The position numbers and the translations under genes are program-made. From Takakia lepidozioides (taxonomy: Eukaryota > Plantae > Bryophyta): a stretch of DNA of 64,000 bases. Positions 45,410 to 59,337 of the stretch are shown here, piece after piece (the stretch's first letter is position 1; every line of letters starts with the position of its first letter). The stretch covers positions 12,152,001 to 12,216,000 of the forward strand of contig CM060734.1 of NCBI GenBank assembly GCA_030704615.1, written 5' to 3'. Under the pieces are notes generated by a model that was not told the origin of the DNA, ran no database searches, and saw only the letters and a list, made by a program, of their open reading frames with translations.

Positions 45410-47608
45410 ATGTTCCTCTATTTTGTATGTGCAGATGCGTTGTTTGGTCTTGAGGATGGTTGCAGACAAATTGAAACTCATGCCCATGGCAGGAAATTCA
45501 TAAAACAGGCAGCAAAACCTGCTCCCTTGGGATTCATTCATATGTTGTACCCAAACTGTGGTATGGAGTGGATAAACCCTAGGAACTTGATAAAAGAAGC
45601 TTTTTTGGAATTTGGACAAAATGACTTGGCTATTCTCATCGATGAGATATTTTTTGGATGGACATATCATAAACAAAGCAACTCTGAATACTATCAGCCT
45701 GCTGCTGTTTTCCGTGATTTTTGCTTTATGCAAGACCTGATTCACTCACCAGATTGTCTATGTGCCAAGAGGTTTCATGATTTTCGGGATGTGGATACAA
45801 AAACAGAATTCCATCTATCTGGTTCTACACCTACGCAACACGTACGTACCATGGACCTAAATATTATTAGACACGCAAGGCTGAAAGAACTATTCAGCCT
45901 AGGTATGAATCACATCCTTCTCAAACGTACTTTGCTGAAAGACGTTGTTGAACAAGTGCTTTGGCTTTCCATAGAACCTGTGAAATTTTACATGTAGACC
46001 CATGTGAATCTTGGGCCGCAACCTGCAGCCAATGGGTAAAAAACACATGCTGGGATAGATTGAAACAAAAAGCCGGTAGAGGAAGGTACAACTTCACTCA
46101 CCATGAACGCAATCCTCTTACTGTAAAAGAGGCAAAAGATGAACTTTCATGGCTTCTCAATCACCTGTATTTTTCTGGTCTTGACAAGGCTAACAACAAC
46201 GTATGTTTTATGTGTGTAAAGCACATAAGAACTCAAGCCTTCCACAGATTGATGGGTAAAGACTTTACACCATGCAAGCAAGCTGAGGTATGGCTGCCAC
46301 CTGACCTTGTTCTAGGAAACATTTCCGTGGAAATACAGAGTCTGATTCCGGAGATACCTGCTCCCTCCTATAGACTACCTTACATTATGGGAATCTACAA
46401 GCTACATAAGAAAAAATACAGATGGATTACCAATGCCCATAAATGTGTTTTCAGTGAACTAGCTAGCCTTCTTACAAGGGCTACCATGAATCTTCTACCA
46501 TTGGTAAAAGAATGGGCCAAGACAAGGCTGGATACTTATGAGCAATTTTTCAAAGTATCTACTTGCTATGTATTGGATTATTGACTCCATCACTGACTTT
46601 ACACTAAACCTGCCTGAAAAAGTCCATAACATCTTTGTTGCTGACATTACACAATGCTATGAGAACATACCTTTGACAGGACAAGATAACTTAGGGGACG
46701 CCATTGAACACGTGGTGAAGATTGCATTCCAGCAACACCATCGGTCTCACCCCCGAGCACGTCATACTCTATGGATTCCAGCCAAAAACGGTACTTTCGG
46801 AAAAAGTAGATGGGGCACGTCTTTCCCAAAATCAGGTACCTGGATTGAACTTTCTGAAGTCAAGCTACTTATGCTCCACAAATGGCTTATGTCACACTGT
46901 TTTGTTGCCTTAGGGGACCGTGTGTGGCAGCAGATTTCTGGAATACCTATGGGTTTTTCATGCTCACCATTATGGTGCAACATGTACTTCCTTTCTTATG
47001 AAATCAAATTCATCTTAAGGCTTGCAGCTTTAGGACAATTCCAGCTTATGCCTATGTTTAAATCTGCCTTCAGATACATTGATGATATATGCTGGCTGAA
47101 TGTGGGTGATGCAATGCTATTCCTGGACCCATGGGCAGACAGAAGTAGCAACAACCCTTGGTGGATCTACCCACTCAATGTAGTGGAGATCAAACCTGAG
47201 CTACTACGCACTAAAACCGATTCCCAATACGTGGGGTTGGAAGCTTGTTTCATGAATATCCAGATTACAGTCTCAAACAGTGACACAGGTGAGTTCCATT
47301 TCCAGAAATATGACAAGAGAAGACTACTCCCTTTCTCTTACACTCAATATATCCAGTTCTTATCCAATAGGCCTGTGAATCAATCTTATAACATTGTGAT
47401 TTCACAAGCTGTGCCTATTCTATACATTTCCAGCAATGCTGATTTGGCTGGGAAGGAGTGTAGCATTCTGATTAACACTCTTGGGAGGAATGGTTTCAAG
47501 ACCAGAAAACTTGCTCGTATCTTGACAAAATTCCTTGAACGTGGTTCATTCCCTGGCCTGCTCTTCCCTGTACAAGAGCTTATTGAGAAACTGAAAGGTA
47601 CTTTCTAA
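45410..47608 (+). pseudogene. Penelope-like reverse transcriptase (Naiad/Chlamys-type), two frameshifts
   Basis: Motifs CLC..HVRTMDLNII, LDKANNNVCFMC, LPYIMGIYKLHK..YRWI, ADITQCYENIP, QQISGIPMGFSCSP (46940), FRYIDD (47075-47086), IYP and YDKR..SNRP..SYNIVISQ. Confidence 0.88.
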
Positions 47609-47897
47609 AAACTTATACAGAGCTAAGTTATACCATTGAACTCTCCGTTCTTTTCTAGTGATACTATACTAGTTTTGCTATGATACATTTTATGCCATCG
47701 TTTCATTCTTGATCCGAGGAAGTGAGGATGTAGGATTCTACTCCTTTGGATAATATAATCTGAGGATAGAACTACATGGAAGAGGGAAAACCTTATGAGA
47801 AGAGGTCTGGTATGCACTCCCTTACGGGGTGAGTGCATACCACACTCACTCCGTAAGGTTCTGCCATGCCAGGGGATTGGCTGGTGGGTCCCTCTCT

Positions 47898-49642
47898 CTC
47901 CCTCTCTCCCTCTCCCTCTATAACACTTTGGATTTCATCTGGCCTTAACCTTTTGAGGTTATTTAGTTTTTCATCCCAGCCTTTTTCATCCAAATCTGGA
48001 TGATTTTATTATAGGGTGATGAAACTTAATGTACAGAAAGCTGGATTTACCATCTATTTCTTTCAACTAAACTGGATGATCTACATAAATAATGGTTACC
48101 TATTATGAAATCCAAGAGAATAATAAAACTACCATCATAAATGATGGCAGTTATTAAACCTAAGCCTATACCATAACCCTAAAAGATACATTTCTATGGG
48201 ATGTCATCCATTGATAAAGTGCCTCTCTTGGTAAAATGTGATTTTTCATCCACCCTGGATGAAAAATCGGGAAGTTTTGCCCTAAGCAGGCCGACACACT
48301 TCACAGCACTGAACTCGTGCTTCAGTGAACCTTGATGATGCGCCGTATAAACCTGCTCCCCTGCTGCTCCATGGTACTCGTGATGACTGGCTCTTGGGAT
48401 GCGCATTGGTGGTTAAACAGATTCGTCTCTGGCAGACGACAAAGCGGTGATCGCTTTGATCAGAAACTCATGGTTTTTTATTTTGCAGCGGCGCTTTTAC
48501 TCCTTGTTGGGAAGTACTCTATCCCTATTTATCTACAGATTACATGTTGCTCTCTCTTTGTGTATGAGCCATTCTCTATCTGTGAACGCTTCTACTCTGA
48601 TTACGTTCTGTTGGAGACGATCTGTTGGATGCCATGGCGCAGGGCATACCACAAACACTCAAGGTTTTTTGAGTTTACCCTCGCTTGAATTGTGATCTGT
48701 ACTTGCTTTAGAATTCAACACTGACATGGATAGCAACTGTGAAGACCTGCCATTTACCTGCTGCATCCTCACTAACACACATCGCTATGTGGTGGTTTTT
48801 GGAACGAGCACAGGTTAGGGTCTTCACTTGTCTTGATTTCTTGAAAGCTTGCAGCTCCTGTTCTTGCAAATGTGGATTCTGCTGTTGCCTATGCTGCTGA
48901 TGCCATCTACTGTTTCAAACTGCCACCATGCCGCTTCATACCTACTCCAAGATGGCTCCAATGAGGATCTGCTTCTCTCCTTACCCCTGTTTCTGGTTTT
49001 TTACAACCACATTTGCATGTGTAGGAGTTAAGCTATGAAGGATACAAGGATACAAAATAGCAGTTATTACTCTGACTGCCTTGATACTTGGCTCTGAAAT
49101 GAAACTTTTTGGTATGACTCTGATGGATCAAAAGGATAGGCTTTGATAGATAACACACATTCTTCAAGGCCCTCATATCATTTTGGTTTCATGGCTTGAT
49201 AACAAACAGGGGTTTCTGAGCTGCTCTTTCACCTTGGCAGAACTATTTTATGAGGCCTTAAAATACCATGCTAGGCCTAGACCTGCTTAAGAGGGCTCTA
49301 CCCTTTTGTTTCTTCTTCCTTTTTAAGAATCTTGCTTATATCTTGGTTCTAAAACATCATCTTCAAACCAAACCTGCAATCTGGTTTTTGAAATAAGTTT
49401 GAAATGAATTTTTGAGATGATGATGCATACTATGGTGCTTTCATGATATGAATGACCTGAAATCCCACCCTCCCGCCCTGTTTTTTCAGAGACCCTGAAA
49501 TGTAATGGGGTATTCAAATGAGATTGTAAACATGAAAGGGAATGTTAGATGGTGCCCTATAAAGGGATGTTTTGTCTTTCAATGACAATGACCTTAGCGG
49601 TCTTGTCCATGTCTTGACATGACATGTATATCTTCCCTCTCT
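47898..49642 (+). repeat. 1.74-kb direct repeat U2
   Basis: Copy of 41925-43667 with few substitutions. Confidence 0.95.
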
Positions 49643-52600
49643 CGCTTTGTCCCTTTGTCTCCCTCTGTCCCATCAGGATGTGGAGAGAGAGGGACTGTTG
49701 AGGGGAAAAAAAAAAAAAAAAAAAAACGGTGGGGGGTGTGGAAGTGACTGGAGGAGCTGCTCTCCCTCTCTCCCTCGCTACCTCTGTCCCTCTGACCCTC
49801 TGACCCTCTCTCTCCCTCTGTCCCATCACGATGTGGAGAGAGAGGGAGAGAGAGGGAGTGATGAGGGAAAAAAAAAAAAAGAAAAAAAAAGTGGGGGGGG
49901 GAGTGACTGAGCAGCTCCCTCTCTCGCTCTCTCCCTCTCTCTCCCTCTGTTCCCTCATCTCTCCCCTCTCTCCCTCTTTTCCCTCATCTCTCCCATCAGG
50001 ATGTGGAGAGAGAGAGAGAGAGAGGGAGAGAGAGGGAGTGATGAGGGGAAAAATAAAAAATAAAATAAATGGGGGGAGGGGGACTGAGCATCTGCTGCTC
50101 AGCCCCTACCTTTTTTTTTTTCTCTCTTCTCTCTCATCTCTCCCTCTCTCTCCCTCTGGACAATGGGCTTATGGAATTGTTGTCCCGACTTCCATCCTTG
50201 AGGAAATTGAAAAAAATTGCAAAATTGGGTTGCAGGGAATTTTGGATGTTCTTTATCCAAAATATTTTTATTAAAAAAAACTATATTTTTAGTGAAATAT
50301 TTCTTCACTAAAAAACTGTGAAATTCCCGTCAGTTTCTACTTTTTCAATCCAACCTGGATGAAAAAAAAAGACTTCATCTGACATGACCTAAATACAGGG
50401 CAAAACAGTTTTTTTTATATAAAAAATCCCCCATGTTTTTCATCTAACCTAGATGAAATACGGACTACATCCGTTGAAGTGCAAGATAGGATGAAAGCAC
50501 GATGTCTTTCATCTTCCACGAATGAGAAACGGACAACGTCCGTCGGATGGACAGACTGGTGGATGTTTTTCATCCTGAGAAGGATGGATGACGGGCCAGG
50601 CAGGAGAAAACCCTGCGCGACCCTAATGTCTTTCTTTTTGCGCTGCGAGAGCGTGCACGATGGCGGCTTGTGAGGAGTGATGGTGCTCGTGCTACAGATA
50701 CCTTGAGCTGCCAATCGTTGAGTGTTTATGGCTCCTGTGAGCAACGCCTGGGCGAGCTCTTTAAGGCGATGGCGGTGGCTTAGTGATGAGGGAAGATTCC
50801 CTGTCTCAGTTGTCTGTTTTTTTGCTGCACAAGGGAACTGCGGCAGTGATGGCGGAGGCACCACCTGCATGCCTAGGATGTTTCCCTAGTAGCCCTCCTC
50901 TGGATCTTTGATGAATGGCGGCACAAGGAAGTCTCTCTCCCTCCCTTTTATAAACCCTACCTTTTGAAACCAAGCTCTTTTTTTCTTGTGCTTGGCAAGA
51001 TCTTGTTTTGGTTAAGGTAGCAGTGTTGTGGTGTTGGCGGAGTCCTCCCTGCACGGTTAGGCTTGTGGAGAGATGATGACTCTCCCCCAAACAGTAAAAA
51101 AGGTTTTTTTTTCTGTTGATTTTGCTTCCTTGTTTCCTTTGGCATTCTCTGCGCTTAGATTGAAGTGCATTTGACCTCGATAGCAAGTGTGGAAACCTCA
51201 CTAACTCACAATGCGTTGTGGTTGTTTTTGGGACGGGCACAAGTGAGGGCTTCCACTTAATATTATGATGCTGCTGGATGCCAAGTGGGATTGCAGAGCA
51301 GGGGAAGGTTTTGTTTGCCAGGGACTCATCCTAAAATGTTGAAAAACTAAACTACTCCATGGTTTTTCTTGATCATGCCTCTTTCTTTCCTTGATTTTTG
51401 AAGAACAAGTGTAATGCTTTCTACGATGGGCTAGTTCGGCCCAGCCAGTGGAAAGACTTTGTTATGATGTGACAGTCGGGTTTATGATGGCTTGTGGAGA
51501 GACACACATCTCCAGGCCCTAGTTTGCATTGCTTACCTTATGGTAGTTGGAAACAAATTGAGAGGCTGCAAGGAACTGTTTGCTGCAGCTACTCGGGTAC
51601 CTCTGTTTAAAAGACCCCTGTTATGTTCCAACCCAGATGGCTTTGATTAGCTAGATGCTTAGGCTAGGGTATGGTGAAGTTTCTGCCTGTGGCTATTCGG
51701 CTGACACTAAAATATGGCAGTAATATAAATGGTAACTGGTTTTTGAGGCAGCCAGGGTGGTCAAGTGCAAATACCCCCTGGACATGGTGTAATGACATGG
51801 TCAAATGTGGAATGATGTGAAGGGTGTACTGACAGTACCATATACTGTCACAGGATGTGTATGCAGTTCTTTATATTTACCTTGCTTTGTCACGAGCTTT
51901 GATTTTCAGCTGTAGCAAGAAATAAAGGTATAGGGGTTTCTGGAAAACTTACCAGACATATCCACATCCCCTGTGGGGGCAAGCTGTAGTGCACACCAGT
52001 CTAAACAAATACTGGCAAGACAAGGTATTTAAATTTGTGATATCCAAGTGTTCCTTTCCTTTTTAAGAAAACCCTCCATGACACCCATGGGGTTTTAGTA
52101 AGTATTGAAGACAATAAATCTGTATGACTATGTGACCTGCACCACATCAAGGCCAAAATATGGCCAAGTACCCGCCAACCCACCCAGACTTATGTAAGTG
52201 TATCATGATCTTGACTGGTGGTCAATCAGCATCAGTGGATTATGAATCATACTGACATGAACACATTACTGTGCATGGATGTAATTCTGGATTTTCTGAG
52301 CTTGATGATTGATGGATGGTGCCACTGTTAAGTGGCTGATATGTCTATTTATTCTTTCGTGACAATGACCCTAGGGGTCCTGTCTTTGTCTTGACATGGC
52401 AAAAAGTATCTTCCCTCTTCCTCTTTTCCCTCATGTGTCCCTTTGTGCCATCAAGATGTGGAGAGAAAGGGAGGGATGGAGAAAGAGGGAGTGATGAGGG
52501 AAAATAAAAATAAAAAAGGAGGTGGTGGGGGGGGGGGGGGGTTACCTGAGCAGCACCAGCTGCTCAGTCACTCCCCCCCCCCACCTTCTTTTTTATTTTT

Positions 52601-54840
52601 TTTGCCTCATCTCACCCTCTCTCCCTCTCTCTCCCTCCCTCTCCCTCCCTCCATGGATCTGGCTGGTTCTTTTAAAACTTGATAGTTTAAGACCAGTGGT
52701 ATGTACCTAACCCCTAATTAACCTTCTTGGAATTTGGTTAATTTCGGTTATTTACATTACCCGGATTTTTGGTATAAGGTCAGGATCATAATGGAGCCAT
52801 CCTATTATTTAATTTTTTCATCCATAAATGGATGTCATCCTCAGATGATGACACAGAGATGAAAAATCGAGAGACAATTTCATCCAACGCGGATGAAATC
52901 ACGATAGATTTCATCCTGCGCGGTAGAGTTCATCCCATGTGATGTATTTCATCCCGAATGGATGAAATCGTGGGAAATCACGTGGATGAAATCGCGGGAA
53001 ATCGCGCTTCCTCTCTTCCCTGCCCTAATCCTCTGCACGACGATCGTGCTTAAGGGATGGCGAGAGCTGAGAGATGGTGGCGGGGGGCGCATGAAGCTCG
53101 ATTCAGGCGCCCTTGAATGCTATGGAGCTGCGCCATTAAGGCATTTAGGTGTTCTGGCAAGATTCAGTATCTTCTTCCCCTCTTGGGGTGCGCAATGGCG
53201 GCAGTACCTGCAATTTCCCTGTGGCGGTTGTCTCTAATGCTTGGCGGGCGATCTACCTGTGTTGTGGTTGCTTACTGTGACCTTCATTGATCAATAAGAT
53301 ACAAGCGGCGATCTTAAGGCCTCAGGGAAGTGTCTGAACTCTTTGAGTTTGGGCGATTCACTTTCTTTGTGCATGCTTTGTACATTTTGTTGTGCATTCT
53401 TGTTTGCTGGTCTTGAGAGCTATGGCGCAGGCCTCTCTTCCACAAGCCATCAAGGTATTGGCTTGAATATGTTCTGATTCTTTTTTGCCCCTGCTTTGTA
53501 TTGCATGTTGTACAGCGATAACAAGCGTGAGACCTCCGATTCACTTGGGGTTCCACATCGTCTCTAACTTGACTGTTTCTGATTGCATGAGATGGGACCA
53601 GGTGAGGGTCCTCACTTAACATGGATTTTAAAGCTTGAAGTTGATTGGAATCGAGTTGAAGAAGCGACGTCATCTGTATCTTTGGGGGAGAACAATCATT
53701 TCTTCCTCTTTCCTTTGATCTTGATGGCTCCTATGTTTAACCTAGTATGGTGGACAATCAATCATTAGGGCGACTATCTCTTGTTCCCTATGGCATACTG
53801 ATGTGACAATGGAGCAATGATATGACAAGCTAATGGCTTTAAAGAGATCTGGTAACATGCTACAATGTAGGGCAGACCTGTTTTCATGACCAGACAGTGT
53901 TCTTGAATGTACAAGCATTGGAAACTTGGCCTCTTTTAGAAGCTGGTGTAGATGCATATATTGGTACATATTTCTTTTCAGATCGTTTTTTATCTTAAGG
54001 CAGACAATTTAGGCATTGTACTGCCAAAGCAGGGCAGTTTGTGAGTTATCTGGGAATCGCTGGTAAAGCACGTAGGAATTTAGATTGTGTCTGAGATGAC
54101 CATGGAGGAGCTCTAGCGTCAAAATGACCGTAGGGAGCTGCATCGACAGCGAGTTAGGCTGCCAATTCGGTACCAGTAACGACAACATGCACCTGTTCAA
54201 AACAATACATGGCGACTGTTCCAGTCCCGGATTGCGATCTCTCTATTCTCCTGCCTTTCAAGTCCAGTAGGAGCACACGGCGAGGAGTCTTGGCAATTGG
54301 AGGAAACAATCTGTACAACAATGAAATATCGCGACAAAGCAAGTGCTGCATCGGAGCAAACGACGGATGAAGGAGCTTCCCGGCAAAGTTTTGAACTCCT
54401 CAGCAATGCAAAGTGTGTAGGAGGAAACTCCAGATGATTTGAGACCTAATGGCAGGGCCAAAGACCCCTGGGGGCACCACCAGTATTTTTACTGCCAGGA
54501 AGCGGCAGACTGCTTGTATGGCAAAACCATGGAAACCAACCAAAGGTGTGGCTTTTCTTCCCCGATTCCCTTGAGATTTTGTGGGCAGCTATGGTCCATT
54601 TTATTGTAAATTTTCACCAAGTTTGAGGATTTTTGGAGGTGATGGGAGACGGCATCAAATTATCACGCCGGAGGCAGTTGCGAAAGGCGATTAAATGGAA
54701 TTCTAGTTCATCCAATGGATGAAAACTGGAAATTCAAACTGCAAGCTGGAGGGATGAGAAGACAACCTAGCGCCAACTGGTCATCCATTGGATGGATGAA
54801 AAACCAGATTTATCATTAACACCAAGGTTTTCCATCCATG
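49643..54840 (+). repeat. GA/CT-microsatellite spacers and two diverged U-like units
   Basis: Spacers at 49643-50160 and 52420-52650 resemble 41620-41925. U motifs recur: GGGAC..GTGAGGG..CACTT (42827, 51230, 53594) and GACAATGACC.TAG.GGTC (43610, 52361). GGATGAAA clusters lie at 50350-50590, 52800-53000 and 54700-54840. Confidence 0.65.
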
Positions 54841-57501
54841 GTTATTATTTTATGGTGTTCTATCGTTTTTAAATTATAGATTCATGTAGGAAATAATAGT
54901 TTAAGACTATCCTTCACTAGTTTAAGAGGCCCCAAAAACACAATAAAAGAAGAGCAGGCTCCTCTTGTTCTTCAATCTAGTCTCATTTCCTTGTTTTGGC
55001 CTCTTGCTTGTGTAGTTAGTTTTGAGCTTGAGGGAGCTAGTTCCTAGAGAGTTGAGCTTGTGGCTCTCTAGTATTAAAAGCAAGCATAGTGAGAGCAGGA
55101 TAGTCCTAGCTCAAGGCCTTGTGGCCATTTGAGGCAAGGAGTAGAGGAAGCGCTCCATGAAGTGGGAGACTTGAGGACGAGTAGGAGTGCTGGAGGAGGA
55201 CCAGGCTTGAGTACCATTCTATCGAGCAATTTAGTGCATCCCAAGCACCACTTGTTTCAGAGGGTGACTTACCATACATTCTTGAATTCATTTATTTCAT
55301 TTGTTGTTCAAGCTTTGTCCAAGAAGGGATCTTATAAGCATTGTTTGCTAAAAATCTATAAAAACTAACCTTCTTTCAAAGAGGATGTGTGTGCATCTCT
55401 ATGTACATGTGTGAAGAGCACAGGTGTGAAGCCCCATGAGACAAGGCCTTAGGAATCTAACCCAATTACGTCATGGAAGTGAAGGTAGATGTCCATTATT
55501 ATGTTTAAGGAGAGGGCGAGCTTGCATGAAGTGGCGAAGCTCTTGTCAAATTTCCCTTCCTAGCTTAGTGGCAACGGCCATATTGCATGAGACGGCAAAG
55601 CTATCGCCAAAATTTCCATATTATTAAGTTCATATCTATGATTCATAAGCCCCCTGGCCATAGAGGACCATGGGAGGCGTTGCTAACTAGCTTTATAAGT
55701 GGTTAAGCTATTTTGTAGAGGGCTGCCAAAAAGGCAGAGCCCAGCACTTAAGTGCCGGCGCCTTAGGCGCCTTTGGGTTGGAGGTCAACCAAGGAGGTTG
55801 CCTAGAATCGCCATGGAGAGGCGCATCTAACACGGGTGGCGTGAGGGGAGTTGACCCCTGGAGCAAAGTACGGGTTGTTGGTACACTGCGTGGCAGCACC
55901 AGGCGCCATAGCTGGGCCCGTGCAGGTACGACACGAGCGGCAGAGACACGGAGCTTGCCTATTACCTACTGAACCCGCGCCAGCAGCGGGCCAGTCACGC
56001 CGCGCCACGTAGCAATGGCCGCGGGGTATCGGTTTTAACCACTGGATATTACGACGGACCCTGCCAGGGACTGTTGGTCCCTGGGACGGGTATTTTAAGG
56101 GGGGTTTTCTCCCTATGCCTTTGATTTCTTGTGCACTATTCATGGTGTTCTTCTTGCATGGGAATGAGGGCGTGTTTTAGCAAAGGATAAGAAATGGTTG
56201 GAACCATTGGATAGGCCCCAGTGAGGCCATCAGTTTGATATGTATTCCAGGGCTTGTGAAAGCACAGCTCACGGGTGGATGCCACAGGCAGAGAGAGGAG
56301 CCTAGAGACAGGGAGGAGAGAATCCCTGGTAGGGGTTTCACAAGGTAGAAGATGACATGTTTCAACTTCGTTCTAGGCTGGTTGCTTGCATAAATTAATC
56401 AGATTATATTGGAAGTAGGTGGAAGAGGCGCAGGGAATGGACCCTGGGACCCACTGAATGTTTAATCATTGTTTACACACCAGGATGGCGAGCAGATGAG
56501 AAACTGATGGGCGGCAGATTTCATTAATCATGGCCCGGTGATGGTTTAAGTTGCTAATGCGTTCTTGAGTGGTTTGGTATAGGAATTTAGGGGCGCTCCC
56601 AAGTGGAGAGCGGTTCCCCAATGCTCCCGACATAAAGGGCGTTCCCAGGGCATTCCCCTGGTACCTTGAGGGTAATTTAGTTAGCTCCAGCACCCTACGA
56701 TGATTATCTATTTCTACGAATTTCATGCATTTGTAGGAATATTTTAATGATTTGTTCTTTATTATTTAGCAGGGTAATTCGCCTTTCTTAAGGGATTTTA
56801 TCCGGACCCCCTTAACTTAACAACGGAAGTTTAAAGGGCGGTATCGCCCCCTTCCGCCGAGGATATTTGAAGTCAAGTACCCGGCCGCTGGGGGGAGGCT
56901 TGGGCCAAGGAACGGCCATTGTTTTATAAGACCTCGGGAGTTACATAGAGGTTTGAATTGTTATCATTCACCCGATGGACTGACCATTGAGGTTGAATTT
57001 TGGGATCGCTCTAAGCAGGAAAGACTGACTTGGGAAAGCGGATCCGGTCCCTTCCTAGGAGGTAGGACACTAATCCACCTCGGGATTTTGGGGGGTGCAT
57101 TTGGGCGGGGGATAGATGATCCCCGTCTCCCTGGGCTCGGGATTCGTTTTGTGAAGGGATTTGAAGGTTCGTCCCGGCTATAAGCGTGTTGGGAGTCGAG
57201 GCATGTAGGAAGTAGTAATAAACAAAGACTTGGAAGGCAATTACGATTAAAGACGTAGAAAACCCATAAACAAAACGTAGGACTAGGAAACGCAAATCGC
57301 CCTGTGAAGTGGAGTTGTTAAGCTTTGCTTTGCCGGTAGGAAGTTAGACTATTTAGATCCGTCCATAGCTGCCACGGACCCCTGCACTTACCGCAGCCGG
57401 GTAGGCGGTTCGTTGAGCCCAACCTACACCGCAACTTGCCACGACCCCCTAGGCTAGTATGTCGTCACCCTGGCCACGCGCGACCAGGGCTCGTCATATT
57501 T

Positions 57502-57516
57502 TGGTGCGTCTGCCGG
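57502..57516 (+). promoter_or_regulatory. Primer-binding site complementary to tRNA-Gly(UCC); LTR 3' end at ~57496
   Basis: TGGTGCGTCTGCCGG lies 5 nt after ..CTCGTCA and matches the recalled plant tRNA-Gly(UCC) 3' end (CCGGCAGACGCACCA). It is upstream of a gag ORF. Confidence 0.75.
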
Positions 57517-57680
57517 AGGTAGGTAAAAGTCAGGGCCTCTCAAAGTACTTATGGATGAAGTAATGATATTTGTCCTTGTGCTAGTTTTTTCTTACTTTTT
57601 GTTTTATTGCTTATTCATGAAGTTACTTCATCACGTGGAGGTCGAGGAACCCCCAACCCCCCTTCTTAGGGAACCTCAAC

Positions 57681-59000
57681 GTGCAATCCTCGCTTGAAGC
57701 ACATCTCACCTGGCAAGTGGCGTATTTAGGGTGTTGCCCTCTATGTCGAACCATCGCTGACAAGGGAATCGATTTTCATCGTCCTCGTCCCACTTTCCGG
57801 AGGTCTAGAGAAGCTATCTCCTATCTAACCAAGAAGAGTTTTATTGACCTTCCTTTTGATTGGATGTGTTGGTTGTTTGGGTGTGGATTAGAAGACTATT
57901 TGGAGGTAGAGGAACGCCTGCCTCACCCGAACACTACCATCACCTATATCTGTCCACCCAGATTTTACAACAGCCGCAGTGAAAGTGCAGCAGCATTGAT
58001 CATTGAATTAATCACTGACGGCCGATTGGACGTGGCACCGACCATACATGATATTACTTGGATTGAAGGTCCTCCTTCAGCAGCTCCTCAAGGCGTCATT
58101 GCGGACCCAGAGCGGCCACCGCCATTTTATTTTGCACGGGAAATCCCCACCAGTTTCCTCATATCATTCCCTTAAAGATAGTGCATGCTATTTCTTCCAT
58201 TAGCAGCTCTCCTTGGACCTCAGCGCCAGGGTCACCTATGGGAATAGACGAGGACTTGTCAGCAGCAGAATAGGTAAAGCTGCCTCCAGCGATCGGGGAA
58301 GACCCCACAGTTGCATTTATGCTTTCCATTTCATTTAACCATGTTTGCCAATTGGCACAATCAATGCAATGCTTGAAATCTAAAACGTCATCCACATCAT
58401 GCTTTGGAGTGATAAGAATTTGCCGCATGAACTTCTAAAGTGGGTATGATTTTTGAGGCTAGGATCAAGAGGATTCGAAGCAGATTCTGGCAACATAAAC
58501 CAGAAATTCAACTTATAACAGAAGCGTACATCGATTGCTTAGCTCAACGGAAAGCCATCAAGAAAGGGTGGATAGACGAACGGGTTCGGTGTGAACGACC
58601 CTCGTCAACAGACACATCGGAGCATTTCTACTGGTGTAACAACAGGCTTAACTAGCTGTATTGTTCATGCCCGGGGATATACCTAGGGGCCTTGCACCCC
58701 AGGTCTTCCTTCACAACGCATTTAAGGTGGCAGGTAGATTTCTTCACTCATTGTCACATATGCCAGCTCTTGGCGTCCCATTATGTGCGTAGACTGGATG
58801 AGTGTAGGTATTGCAGCATACCTCGACCACCTAAAGATTGGAAGATACCTGGAAGATTGCACACTGACGTGCCTCCATCGCCACGGTTTCATGGAAGGTA
58901 TGCAAATTTGACCTTGTTTATTCTTGACATGGTAGTTCAAGGAAATATAGGTCCTTCAGTACAGACTGAGGCAGGAGAATCCTCGTCGGTACAACAGTGA
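57681..59000 (+). pseudogene. Extra 5' ORF(s) upstream of gag with a duplicated HLxWQV-x5-CxxC domain
   Basis: SSLEAHLTWQVAYLGCCPLC..PPRFY..LIIELITDGRL aligns with SSFTTHLRWQVDFFTHCHIC..SPRFH..LFILDMVVQGNI. Confidence 0.55.
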
Positions 59001-59337
59001 GTGTATGTCTAGCTCAGGATCGAGAGACACACTCCCAAGCTTGGATAGCATATCGTTTGACACCAGGTTAGAGAGAAGACTGGCTAGAGAAGCCGTCCGT
59101 GATCAGTTGCTAGGGAAAAACCCAGCATTGAGTCTAGAGTCAGACTCAGAAACTAGAAGTTTGGGAAAGATAGAGTGGGAAGGAGAGGACACGGAAAGTT
59201 CTTCGGACGTCGAGTGTTCACGAGTGGTTTCCCCTATATCTAGTCCCCCTTATACCCCACCGGCCAGGTCAAGGAGTCCCTTGCCGTCATAAGTGTCAAT
59301 CATGGCACATATTCCATGACCTCCTGAGGTACCCATT

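Noticed and set aside
52812-52850. Hammerhead ribozyme in PLE-associated repeats (also CTGAGGA at 47760)
   Set aside because: CTGANGA/GAAA-like words are present, but the spacing and stems I/III do not fit the consensus. An Infernal or RNAMotif scan would be needed.
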